Assembly (NCBI GenBank): GCA_050613775.1
Contig: JBODTK010000015.1
Span: forward strand, 558,001 to 622,000
Length of the DNA: 64,000 nucleotides
DNA from: Neocallimastix sp. 'constans'
Lineage: Eukaryota
Direction: 5' to 3'
Part shown: piece by piece, positions 54,601 to 64,000 of the stretch
How positions within the stretch are numbered: the first letter of the stretch is position 1
Layout: each line of letters starts with the position of its first letter
Translations under genes and position numbers: made by a program
Notes under the pieces: generated by a model
Told to the model about the DNA's origin: nothing
The model's database searches: none
The model's input: the letters and a program-made list of their open reading frames with translations, nothing else

Positions 54601-57600
54601 TATAAATTTATTTATTAGAAATTTATGAATAATTAATATATTTTTTTATAATAAATATTTTATTAAAATTAATTGATAAAATAGAAGAAGAAGAAAATGA
54701 AGAAGAGAATGAAGAAGAAGAAGAAGAAGAAGAGAATGAAGAGGAAGAAGAGGAAGAAGAAGAAAATGAAGAAGAAGAAGAAGAGAATGAAGGAGAAGAA
54801 GAAAATGAAGAGGAAGAAGAACAAGAGAATGAAGAGGAAGAAGAAGAAGAAGAAGAGAATGAAGAAGAAGAAGAAGAAGAAAATGAAGAAGAAGAAGAAG
54901 AGAATGAAGAAGAAGAAGAAGAAGAAGAGAATGAAGAAGAAGAAGAAGAAGAAGAGAATGAAGAAGAAGAAGAGAATGAGGAAGAAGAAAATGAAGAAGA
55001 AAATGAAGAAGAAGAAGAAGAAGAAGAAAATGATGAGGAAGAAAATGAGGAAGAAGAAGAGAATGAGGAAGAAGACGAGAATGAAGAGGAAGAAGAAGAA
55101 GAGAATGAAGAAGAAGAAGAAGAAGAAGAAAATGAAGAAGAAAATGAAGAAGAAGAAGAAGAAGAGAATGAAAAGGAAGAAGAAGAAGAAAATGAAGAAG
55201 AAAATGATGAGGAAGAAAATGAGGAAGAAGAAGAGAATGATGAAGAAGAAGAAGAGGAGAATGAAGAAGAAGAAGAAAATGATGAGGAAGAAAATGAGGA
55301 AGAAGAAGAGAATGAGGAAGAAGACGAGAATGAAGAGGAAGAAGAAGAAGAAAATGAAGAAGAAGAAGAAGAAGAGAATGAGGAAGAAGAAGAGAATGAA
55401 GAGGAAGAAGAAGAAGAGAATGAAGAAGAAGAAGAAGAAGAAGAAAATGAAGAAGAAAATGAAGAAGAAAATGAAGAAGAAGAAGAAAAAGAAGAAGAAG
55501 AAGAAAATGAAGAAGAAGAAGAAAAAGAAGAAGAAGAAGAAAATGAAGAAGAAAATGAAGAAGAAGAAGAAGAAGAAGAAAATGATGAGGAAGAAAATGA
55601 GGAAGAAGAAGAGAATGAGGAAGAAGACGAGAATGAAGAGGAAGAAGAAGAAGAGAATGAAGAAGAAGAAGAAGAAGAAGAAAATGAAGAAGAAAATGAA
55701 GAAGAAGAAGAAGAAGAGAATGAAAAGGAAGAAGAAGAAGAAAATGAAGAAGAAAATGATGAGGAAGAAAATGAGGAAGAAGAAGAGAATGATGAAGAAG
55801 AAGAAGAGGAGAATGAAGAAGAAGAAGAGAATGAGGAAGAAGAAAATGAAGAAGAAAATGAAGAAGAAGAAGAAGAAGAAGAAGAAGAAGAAAATGATGA
55901 GGAAGAAAATGAGGAAGAAGAAGAGAATGAGGAAGAAGACGAGAATGAAGAGGAAGAAGAAGAAGAAAATGAAGAAGAAGAAGAAGAAGAGAATGAGGAA
56001 GAAGAAGAGAATGAAGAGGAAGAAGAAGAAGAGAATGAAGAAGAAGAAGAAAAAGAAGAAGAAGAAGAAAATGAAGAAGAAGAAGAAGAAGAAGAAAATG
56101 ATGAGGAAGAAAATGAGGAAGAAGAAAATGAAGAAGAAGAAGAAGAAGAAGAAGAGAATGAAGAAGAAGAGAATGAAGAAGAAGAAGAAAATGAGGAAGA
56201 AGAAAATGAAGAAGAAAATGAGGAAGAAGAAAATGAAGAAGAAAATGAAGAAGAAGAAGAAGAAGAGAATGAAAAGGAAGAAGAAGAAGAAGAAGAGAAT
56301 GAAAAGGAAGAAGAAGAAGAAAATGAAGAAGAAAATGATGAGGAAGAAAATGAGGAAGAAGAAGAGAATGATGAAGAAGAAGAAGAGGAGAATGAAGAAG
56401 AAGAAGAGAATGAGGAAGAAGAAAATGAAGAAGAAAATGAAGAAGAAGAAGAAGAAGAAGAAGAAGAAGAAAATGATGAGGAAGAAAATGAGGAAGAAGA
56501 AGAGAATGAGGAAGAAGACGAGAATGAAGAGGAAGAAGAAGAAGAAAATGAAGAAGAAGAAGAAGAAGAGAATGAGGAAGAAGAAGAGAATGAAGAGGAA
56601 GAAGAAGAAGAGAATGAAGAAGAAGAAGAAAATGAAGAAGAAAATGAAGAAGAAGAAGAAAAAGAAGAAGAAGAAGAAAATGAAGAAGAAGAAGAAAATG
56701 AAGAAGAAGAAGAAAAAGAAGAAGAAGAAGAAAATGAAGAAGAAAATGAAGAAGAAGAAGAAGAAGAAGAAAATGAAGAGGAAGAAGAAGAAGAAGAAGA
56801 GAATGAAGAAGAAGAAGAAGAGAATAAAGAAGAAGAAGAAGAAGAAAATGAAGAAGAAGAGAATGAAGAAGAAGAAGAAGAGAATGAAGAAGAAAATGAA
56901 GAAGAAAATGAAGAAGAAGAGAATGAAGAAGAAGAAGAAGAAGAAAATGAAGAAGAAAATGAAGAAGAAGAAGAAGAAGAAGAAAATGAAGAAGAAAATG
57001 AAGAAGAAGAAGAAAAAGAAGAAGAAGAAGAAAATGAAGAGGAAGAAGAAGAAGAGAATGAGGAAGAAGAAGAGAATGAAGAGGAAGAAGAAGAAGAAGA
57101 AGAAGAGAATGAGGAAGAAGAAGAGAATGAAGAGGAAGAAGAAGAAGAAGAAGAAGAGAATGAAGAAGAAGAAGAAGAAGAAGAAAATGAAGAGGAAGAA
57201 GAAGAAGAAGAAGAGAATGAAGAGGAAGAAGAAGAAGAAAATGAAGAAGAAGAAGAAGAAGAAAATGAAGAAGAAGAAGAAGAAGAGGAGGAGAATGAAG
57301 AAGAAGAAGAGAATGAGGAAGAAGAAGAGAATGAGGAAGAAGAAGAAGAAGAAGAAAATGAAGAAGAAAATGAAAAAGAAGAAGAAAAAGAAGAAAATGA
57401 AGAAGAAGAAGAAGAAGAAGAAGAAAATGAAGAAGAAGAAGGAGAGAATGAAGAAGAAGAAGAAAATGAAGAGGAAGAAGAACAAGAGAATGAGGAAGAA
57501 GAAGAGAATGAAGAAGAAGAAGAAAATGAAGAGGAAGAAGAACAAGAGAATGAGGAAGAAGAAGAGAATGAAGAAGAAAATGAAGAAGAAAATGAAGAAG

Positions 57601-60600
57601 AAGAAGAAAATGAAGAAGAAGAAGAAAATGAAGAAGATGAAGAAGAAGAAAATGAAGAAGATGAAGAAGAAGAAAATGAAGAAGAAAATGATGAGGAAGA
57701 AAATGAGGAAGAAGAAGAAAATGAAGAAGAAGAAGAAGAAGAAGAAGAGAATGAAGAGGAAGAAGAAGAAGAAAATGAGGAAGAAAAGAATGAAGAAGAA
57801 GAAGAAGAAGAAGAAAATGAAGAAGAAGAAAATGAGGAAGAAGAAGAAAATGAAGAAGAAGAAGAAGAAGAGAATGAGGAAGAAGAAGAAGAAAATGAGG
57901 AAGAAGAGAATGAAGAAGAAGAAGAAGAAGAAGAAAATGAGGAAGAAGAGAATGAAGAAGAAGAAGAAGAAGAAGAAAATGAAGAAGAAGAAGAAGAAGA
58001 AGAGAATGAAGAGGAAGAAGAGGAAGAAGAAGAAAATGAAGAAGAAGAAGAAGAGAATGAAGGAGAAGAAGAAAATGAAGAGGAAGAAGAACAAGAGAAT
58101 GAAGAGGAAGAAGAAGAAGAAGAAGAGAATGAAGAAGAAGAAGAAGAAGAAAATGAAGAAGAAGAAGAAGAGAATGAGGAAGAAGAAGAGAATGAAGAGG
58201 AAGAAGAAGAAGAAGAAGAAGAAGAGAATGAAGAGGAAGAAGAAGAGAATGAAGAAGAAGAAGAAGAAGAGGAGAATGAAGAAGAAGAAGAAAATGAAGA
58301 AGAAAATGAAGAAAATGAGGAAGAAGAAAATGAGGAAGAAGAAAATGAGGAAGAAAATGAAGAGGAAGAAGAAGAAGAAGAAGAGAATGAGGAAGTAGAA
58401 AATGAGGAAGAAGAAAATGAGGAAGAAGAAAATGAAGAAGAAGAAAATGAAGAAGAAGAAGAAGAAGAAGAAAATGATGAGGAAGAAAATGAGGAAGAAG
58501 AAAATGAAGAAGAAGAAGAAGAAGAAGAAGAGAATGAAGAAGAAGAGAATGAAGAAGAAGAAGAAAATGAGGAAGAAGAAAATGAAGAAGAAGAGAATGA
58601 AGAGGAAGAAGAAGAAGAAAATGAAGAAGATGAAGAAGAAGAAAATGAAGAAGAAAATGATGAGGAAGAAAATGAGGAAGAAGAAGAAAATGAAGAAGAA
58701 GAAGAAGAAGAAGAAGAGAATGAAGAGGAAGAAGAAGAAGAAAATGAGGAAGAAAATGAAGAGGAAGAAGAACAAGAAGAAGAGAATGAGGAAGAACTAA
58801 ATGAGGAAGAAGAAGAAGAAAATGAGGAAGAAGAAGAAGAAGAAGAGAATGAAGAGGAAGAAGAAGAAGAAAATGAAGAAGAAGAAGAAGAGAATGAGGA
58901 AGAAGAAGAGAATGAAGAGGAAGAAGAAGAAGAAGAAGAAGAAGAGAATGAAGAGGAAGAAGAAGAGAATGAAGAAGAAGAAGAAGAAGAGGAGAATGAA
59001 GAAGAAGAAGAAAATGAAGAAGAAAATGAAGAAAATGAGGAAGAAGAAAATGAGGAAGAAAATGAAGAGGAAGAAGAAGAAGAAGAAGAGAATGAGGAAG
59101 AAGAAAATGAAGAAGAAGAAAATGAAGAAGAAGAAGAAGAAGAAGAAAATGATGAGGAAGAAAATGAGGAAGAAGAAAATGAAGAAGAAGAAGAAGAAGA
59201 AGAAGAGAATGAGGAAGAAGTAAATGAGGAAGAAGAAGAAAATGAAGAAGAAGAAAATGAAGAAGAAGAGAATGAAGAGGAAGAAGAAGAAGAAAATGAA
59301 GAAGATGAAGAAGAAGAAAATGAAGAAGAAAATGATGAGGAAGAAAATGAGGAAGAAGAAGAAAATGAAGAAGAAGAAGAAGAAGAAGAAGAGAATGAAG
59401 AGGAAGAAGAAGAAGAAAATGAGGAAGAAAAGAATGAAGAAGAAGAAGAAGAAGAAGAAGAAGAGAATGAAGAGGAAGAAGAAGAAGAAAATGAGGAAGA
59501 AAAGAATGAAGAAGAAGAAGAAGAAGAAGAAAATGAGGAAGAAAATGAAGAGGAAGAAGAACAAGAAGAAGAGAATGAGGAAGAACTAAATGAGGAAGAA
59601 GAAGAAGAAAATGAGGAAGAAGAAGAAGAAGAAGAGAATGAAGAGGAAGAAGAAAATGAGGAAGAAGAAGAAAATGAAGAAGAAGAAAATGAAGAAGAAG
59701 AAAATGAAGAAGAAGAAGAAGAAGAGAATGAAGAAGAAGAAGAAAATGAAGAAGAAGAAGAAGAAGAAAATAAAGAAGAAGAAGAAGAAGAAGAAGAAGA
59801 GAATGAGGAAGAAGAAGAAGAAGAAAATAAAGAAGAAGAAAATGAAGAAGAAGAAGAAGAGAATGAAGAGGAAGAAGAAGAAAATGAGGAAGAAGAAGAA
59901 GAAGAAGAAAATGAAGAAGAAGAAGCTGTTGAAGAAGAAGAAGAGAATGAAGAAGAAGAAGAAAATGAGGAAGAAGAAGAAGAAAATGAAGAAGAAGAAG
60001 AAGAGAATGAAGAAGAAGAAGAAGAAAATGAGGAAGAAGAAAATGAAGAACAAGAAAATGAAGAAGAAGAAAATGATGAAGAAGAAAATGATGAAGAAGA
60101 AAATGAAGAAGAAGAAGAAGAAGAAAATGAGGAAGAAGAAAATGAAGAAGAAGAAGAAAATGAAGAAGAAGAAGAAAATGAAGAAGAAGAAGAAAATGAG
60201 GAAGAAGAAGTAGAAAATGAAGAAGAAGAAGAAGAAGAAGAAAATGATGAAGAAGTGAATAAAGAAGAAGAAGAAAATGAAGAAAAAGAGAATGAAGAGG
60301 AAGAAGAAGAAGAAAATGAGGAAGAAGAAAATGAGGAAGAAAATGAAGAGGAAGAAGAAGAAGAAGAAGAGAATGAAGAAGAAGTAAATGAGGAAGAAGA
60401 AGAAAATGAAGAAGAAGAAAATGAAGAAGAAGAAGAAGAGAATGAAGAAGAAGAAGAAAATGAAGAAGAAGAAGAAGAAGAAGAAAATGAAGAAGAAGAA
60501 GAAGAAGAAAATGAGGAAGAAGAAGAAGAAGAAGAAAATGAAGAAGAAGAAGAAGAAGAAAATGAGGAAGAAGAAAATGAGGAAGAAAATGAAGAGGAAG

Positions 60601-63600
60601 AAGAAGAAGAAGAAGAGAATAAGGAAGAAGAAAATGAGGAAGAAGAAAATGAGGAAGAAAATGAAGAGGAAGAAGAAGAAGAAGAAGAGAATGAGGAAGA
60701 AGAAAATGAAGAAGAAGAAAATGATGAAGAAGAAGAAGAAGAAGAAAATGAGGAAGAAGAAAATGAAGAAGAAGAAAATGAAGAAGAAGAAAATGAAAAA
60801 GAAGAAAATGAAGAAGAAGAAAATGAAAAAGAAGAAGAAGAGAATGAGGAAGAAAATGATGAAGAAGAAAATGAGGAAGACAATGAAAAAGAAAATGAAG
60901 AAGAAAATGAAGAAGAAGAAGAAGAAGAGAATGAAAAGGAAGAAGAAGAAGAAAATGAAGAAGAAAATGATGAGGAAGAAAAAGAAGAAGAAGAAGAAAA
61001 TGAAGAGGAAGAAGAACAAGAGAATGAAGAGGAAGAAGAAGAAGAAGAAGAAGAGAATGAAGAAGAAGAAGAAGAAGAAGAAGAGAATGAAGAAGAAGAA
61101 GAAGAGAATGAAGAAGAAAATGAAGAAGAAGAAAATGAAGAGGAAGAAGAAGTAGAAAATGAAGAGGAAGAAGATGTAGAAAATGAAGAGGAAGAAGAAG
61201 AAGAAGAAGAGAATGAGGAAGAAGAAAATGAAGAAGAAGAAAATGATGAAGAAGAAGAAGAAGAAGAAAATGAGGAAGAAGAAAATGAAGAAGAAGAAAA
61301 TGAAGAAGAAGAAAATGAAAAAGAAGAAAATGAAGAAGAAGAAAATGAAAAAGAAGAAGAAGAGAATGAGGAAGAAAATGATGAAGAAGAAAATGAGGAA
61401 GACAATGAAAAAGAAAATGAAGAAGAAAATGAAGAAGAAGAAGAAGAAGAGAATGAAAAGGAAGAAGAAGAAGAAAATGAAGAAGAAAATGATGAGGAAG
61501 AAAAAGAAGAAGAAGAAGAAAATGAAGAGGAAGAAGAACAAGAGAATGAAGAGGAAGAAGAAGAAGAAGAAGAAGAGAATGAAGAAGAAGAAGAAGAAGA
61601 AGAAGAGAATGAAGAAGAAGAAGAAGAGAATGAAGAAGAAAATGAAGAAGAAGAAAATGAAGAGGAAGAAGAAGTAGAAAATGAAGAGGAAGAAGAAGTA
61701 GAAAATGAAGAGGAAGAAGAAGTAGAAAATGAAGAGGAAGAAGAAGTAGAAAATGAAGAGGAAGAAGAAGTAGAAAATGAAGAGGAAGAAGAAGTAGAAA
61801 ATGAAGAGGAAGAAGAAGTAGAAAATGAAGAGGAAGAAGAAGTAGAAAATGAAGAGGAAGAAAATGAAGAAGAAGAAGAAGAAAATGAGGAAGAAGAAAA
61901 TGAAGAAGAAGAAGAAGAAAATGAGGAAGAAGAAAATGAAGAAGAAGAAGAAGAAAATGAAGAAGAAGAAGAAGAAATTGAAGAGAATGAAGAAGAAGAA
62001 GAGAATGAAGAAGAAGAAGAGAATGAAGAGGAAGAAGAAGAAGAAAATGAAGAAGAAAAAAAAGAAGAGGAAGAAAATGAAGAAGAAGAAGAAGAGGAAG
62101 AAAATGATGAGGAAGAAAATGAGGAAGAAGAAGAAGAAGAAGAAGAAAATGAGGAAGAAGAAAATGAAGAAGAAGAAGAAGAAATTGAAGAGAATGAAGA
62201 AGAAGAAGAGAATGAAGAAGAAGAAGAGAATGAAGAGGAAGAAGAAGAAGAAAATAAAGAAGAAGAAGTAGAAAATGAAGAAGAAGAAGCTGTTGAAGAA
62301 GAAGAAGAAGAAACTGTTGAAGAAGAAGAAGAAAAAGAAGAAGAAGAAGAAAATGATGAAGAAGAAAATGAAGAAGAAAATGAAGAAGAAGAAGAAGAAG
62401 AGAATGAGGAAGAAAATGAAGAGGAAGAAGAAAATGAGGAAGAAGTGAATGAAGAAGAAAATGAAGAAGAAGAAGAAGAAGAGAATGATGAAGAAGAAAA
62501 TGAAGAAGAAGAAGAAGAAGAGAATGATGAAGAAGAAAATGAAGAAGAAGAAGAAGAAGAAGAGAATGATGAAGAAGAAAATGAAGAAAAAGAAGAAGAA
62601 GAGAATGATGAAGAAGAAGAAGAAGAAGAAGAGAATGAAGAGGTAGAAGAAGAGAATGAGGAAGAAGAAGAAGAAAATGAGGAAGTAGAAGAAGAGAATG
62701 AGGAAGAAGAAGAAGAAAATGATGAAGAAGAAAATGAAGAAGAAGAAGAAGAAGAGAATGAAAAGGAAGAAGAAGAAGAAAATGAAGAAGAAAATGATGA
62801 GGAAGAAAATGAGGAAGAAGAAGAGAATGAAGAAGAAGAAGAAGAAGAAGAAAATGAAGAAGAAAATGAAGAAGAAGAAGAAGAAGAGAATGAAAAGGAA
62901 GAAGAAGAAGAGAATGAGGAAGAAAATGATGAAGAAGAAAATGAGGAAGACAATGAAGAAGAAAATGAAGAAGAAAATGATGAAGAAGAAAATGAAGAAG
63001 AAGAAGAAGAAAATGAAGAGAATGAAGAAGAAGAAGAGAATGAAGAGGAAGAAGAAGAAGAAAATGAAGAAGAAGAAGCTGTTGAAGAAGAAGAAGAAGA
63101 AACTGTTGAAGAAGAAGAAGAAAATGAAGAAGAAGAAAATGAGGAAGAAGAAGAAGAGAATGAGGAAGAAGAAGAAGAAAATGATGAGGAAAATGAAGAA
63201 GAAGAAAAAGAGAATGAAGAAGAAAATGATGAGGAAGAAAATGAAGAAGAAGAAGAGAATGAAGAGGAAGAAGAAGAAGAAAATGAAGAAGAAGAGTGTG
63301 TTGGTTGTAATGAAGAAGAAGAGAATGAAGAAGAAGAAAATGAAGAAGAAGAAGAAGAAAATGAGAAAGAAGAAAATGAAGAAGTAAAAGAAGAAAATGA
63401 AGAAGAGAATGAAGAGGAAGAAGAAGAAAATGAAGAAGAAAATGAAGAAGAAAATGAAGAAGAAGAAAATATTGAAGAAGAGTGTGCTGGTTGTAATGAA
63501 GAAGAAAATGAAGAAGAAGAAGAAGAAGAGAATGATGAAGAAGAGAATGATGAAGAAGAAAATGATGAAGAAGAAAATGAAGAAGAAGTAATTGAAACGG

Positions 63601-64000
63601 AAGAAAGAGATATTGAAGGAGAAGAAGAAAATGATAAAGAAGAAAATGATGAAGAAGAAGAAGAAGAAGAAGAAAATAAAGAAGAAGAAGAAGAAGAAGA
63701 AGAGAATAAGGAAGAAGAAGAAGAGAATGATGAAGAAGAAAATGATGAAGAAGAAGAAGAGAATGAAGAAGAAGAAGAAAATGAAGAAGAAGAAGAACAA
63801 GAGAATGAAGAGGAAGAAGAAGAAGAAGAAGAAAATGAAGAAGAAGAAGAAGAAGAAGAAAATGAAGAAGAAGAAGCTGTTGAAGAAGAAGAAGAAGAAA
63901 CTGTTGAAGAAGAAGAAGAAAATGAGGAAGAAGAAAATGAAGAAGAGAATGAAGAAGAAGAAGAAGAAGAGAATGAGGAAGAAAATGAAGAGGAAGAAGA
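42622..64000 (+). CDS. Predicted ~68-exon micro-exon gene: secreted Cys-rich head with a 3-nt-exon array plus a giant Glu/Asn stalk (3' end outside the window)
   Basis: Exons read by hand (AG|exon|GT): 42622-42641, 42748-42803, 43068-79, 43358-69, 43525-45, 43740-54; 46 array exons from 44041 to 50467; then 50612-23, 51104-06, 51237-39, 51344-55, 51498-518, 51739-47, 52034-42, 52257-80, 52414-25, 52745-56, 52949-69, 53214-58, 54012-23, 54162-91, 54512-29, 54685-end. All-exon splicing is stop-free: MLLKYFKILYIVLFQEFLINFVKAQNFKEVCSAGVDTCTESCKSF-FEVHPWTSYVHGRGWTPWPINSLASLRNCNGRGPCVRGPYKKSVELI-FGTDGLDNKSGYNDCVNQCTDICETDNNCQTCCKSACEEGLKSFNKDNNSRITIKPNYCETFCTEEWNGCENYFNENDCEK-EEEENEEENE... Confidence 0.82.
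44030..50480 (+). repeat. Tandem array of ~135-bp intron/micro-exon cassettes (46 intact, 1 with a broken donor)
   Basis: Consensus ...TACAAATTATTTCATATAAATAG|NNN|GTAAGTATAAAT... Exons: 44041 TCG, 44170 AAG, 44297 TTC, 44450 ATC, 44588 CCT, 44726 GGA, 44894 CCT, 45028 CCT, 45162 ACG, 45306 TCC, 45440 ACG, 45561 GCA, 45700 GGG, 45836 GAT, 46047 GGA, 46182 CTC, 46314 CAT, 46497 GGC, 46641 CTATTA, 46768 ATA, 46904 GCC, 47044 TAG, 47182 CTA, 47323 GCC, 47458 TTA, 47594 GAA, 47733 ACT, 48017 GCA, 48131 ATG, 48266 GCA, 48405 GGG, 48542 GCC, 48679 CGT, 48820 GCG, 48952 TTA, 49091 GAG, 49228 GCC, 49364 CCT, 49515 ATA, 49653 AAA, 49800 AAA, 49928 GTG, 50046 TTG, 50201 AAC, 50328 TCA, 50465 TAT. Confidence 0.92.
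54685..64000 (+). repeat. Coding (GAA)n/AAT low-complexity repeat: ~3100 codons, mostly Glu with interspersed Asn
   Basis: Preceded by a TAG acceptor (54682-54684) in phase with the upstream exon. The in-register antisense Phe/Ile ORFs (54669, 58797, 59586) share one frame, so there is no frameshift. No sense stop seen. Confidence 0.9.

Noticed and set aside
54623..63800. Long Ser/Phe, Phe/Ile (minus) and Lys/Met/Arg (plus) ORFs in the ORF track
   Set aside because: They are shadow frames of the GAA repeat. The Lys frame is broken by stops, and only the Glu/Asn frame is in phase with the upstream splice acceptor.

Overview
Very AT-rich eukaryotic DNA with short GT-AG introns. The composition suggests an anaerobic gut fungus (Neocallimastigomycota), but this is an inference and is not confirmed. 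The first ~39.5 kb is a nest of transposons. It holds a young, nearly intact Tf1-like chromovirus (1896-8780, 730-bp LTRs, 5-bp TSD, self-priming PBS) inserted in an older Ty3/gypsy element, further decayed gypsy copies interrupted by solo LTRs (one LTR family carries tRNA-like A/B boxes), a cluster of Mutator-like (MULE) elements and MITEs with 9-bp TSDs, and a truncated Ty1/copia element with a half-tRNA-Lys PBS. The main result is at 42.6-64 kb, which the ORF track misses. It is a predicted ~68-exon gene for a secreted protein: a signal peptide, Cys-rich micro-exons, a tandem array of 46 intron/exon cassettes (~135 bp each) whose exons are 3 nt (one is 6 nt), more Cys-rich micro-exons, and a >9.3-kb Glu/Asn exon that runs off the window. 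All introns after the first are phase 1, so exon skipping keeps the frame while creating new codons. This is a candidate splicing-based sequence-diversification system. The gene model was read by hand and has no transcript support yet.
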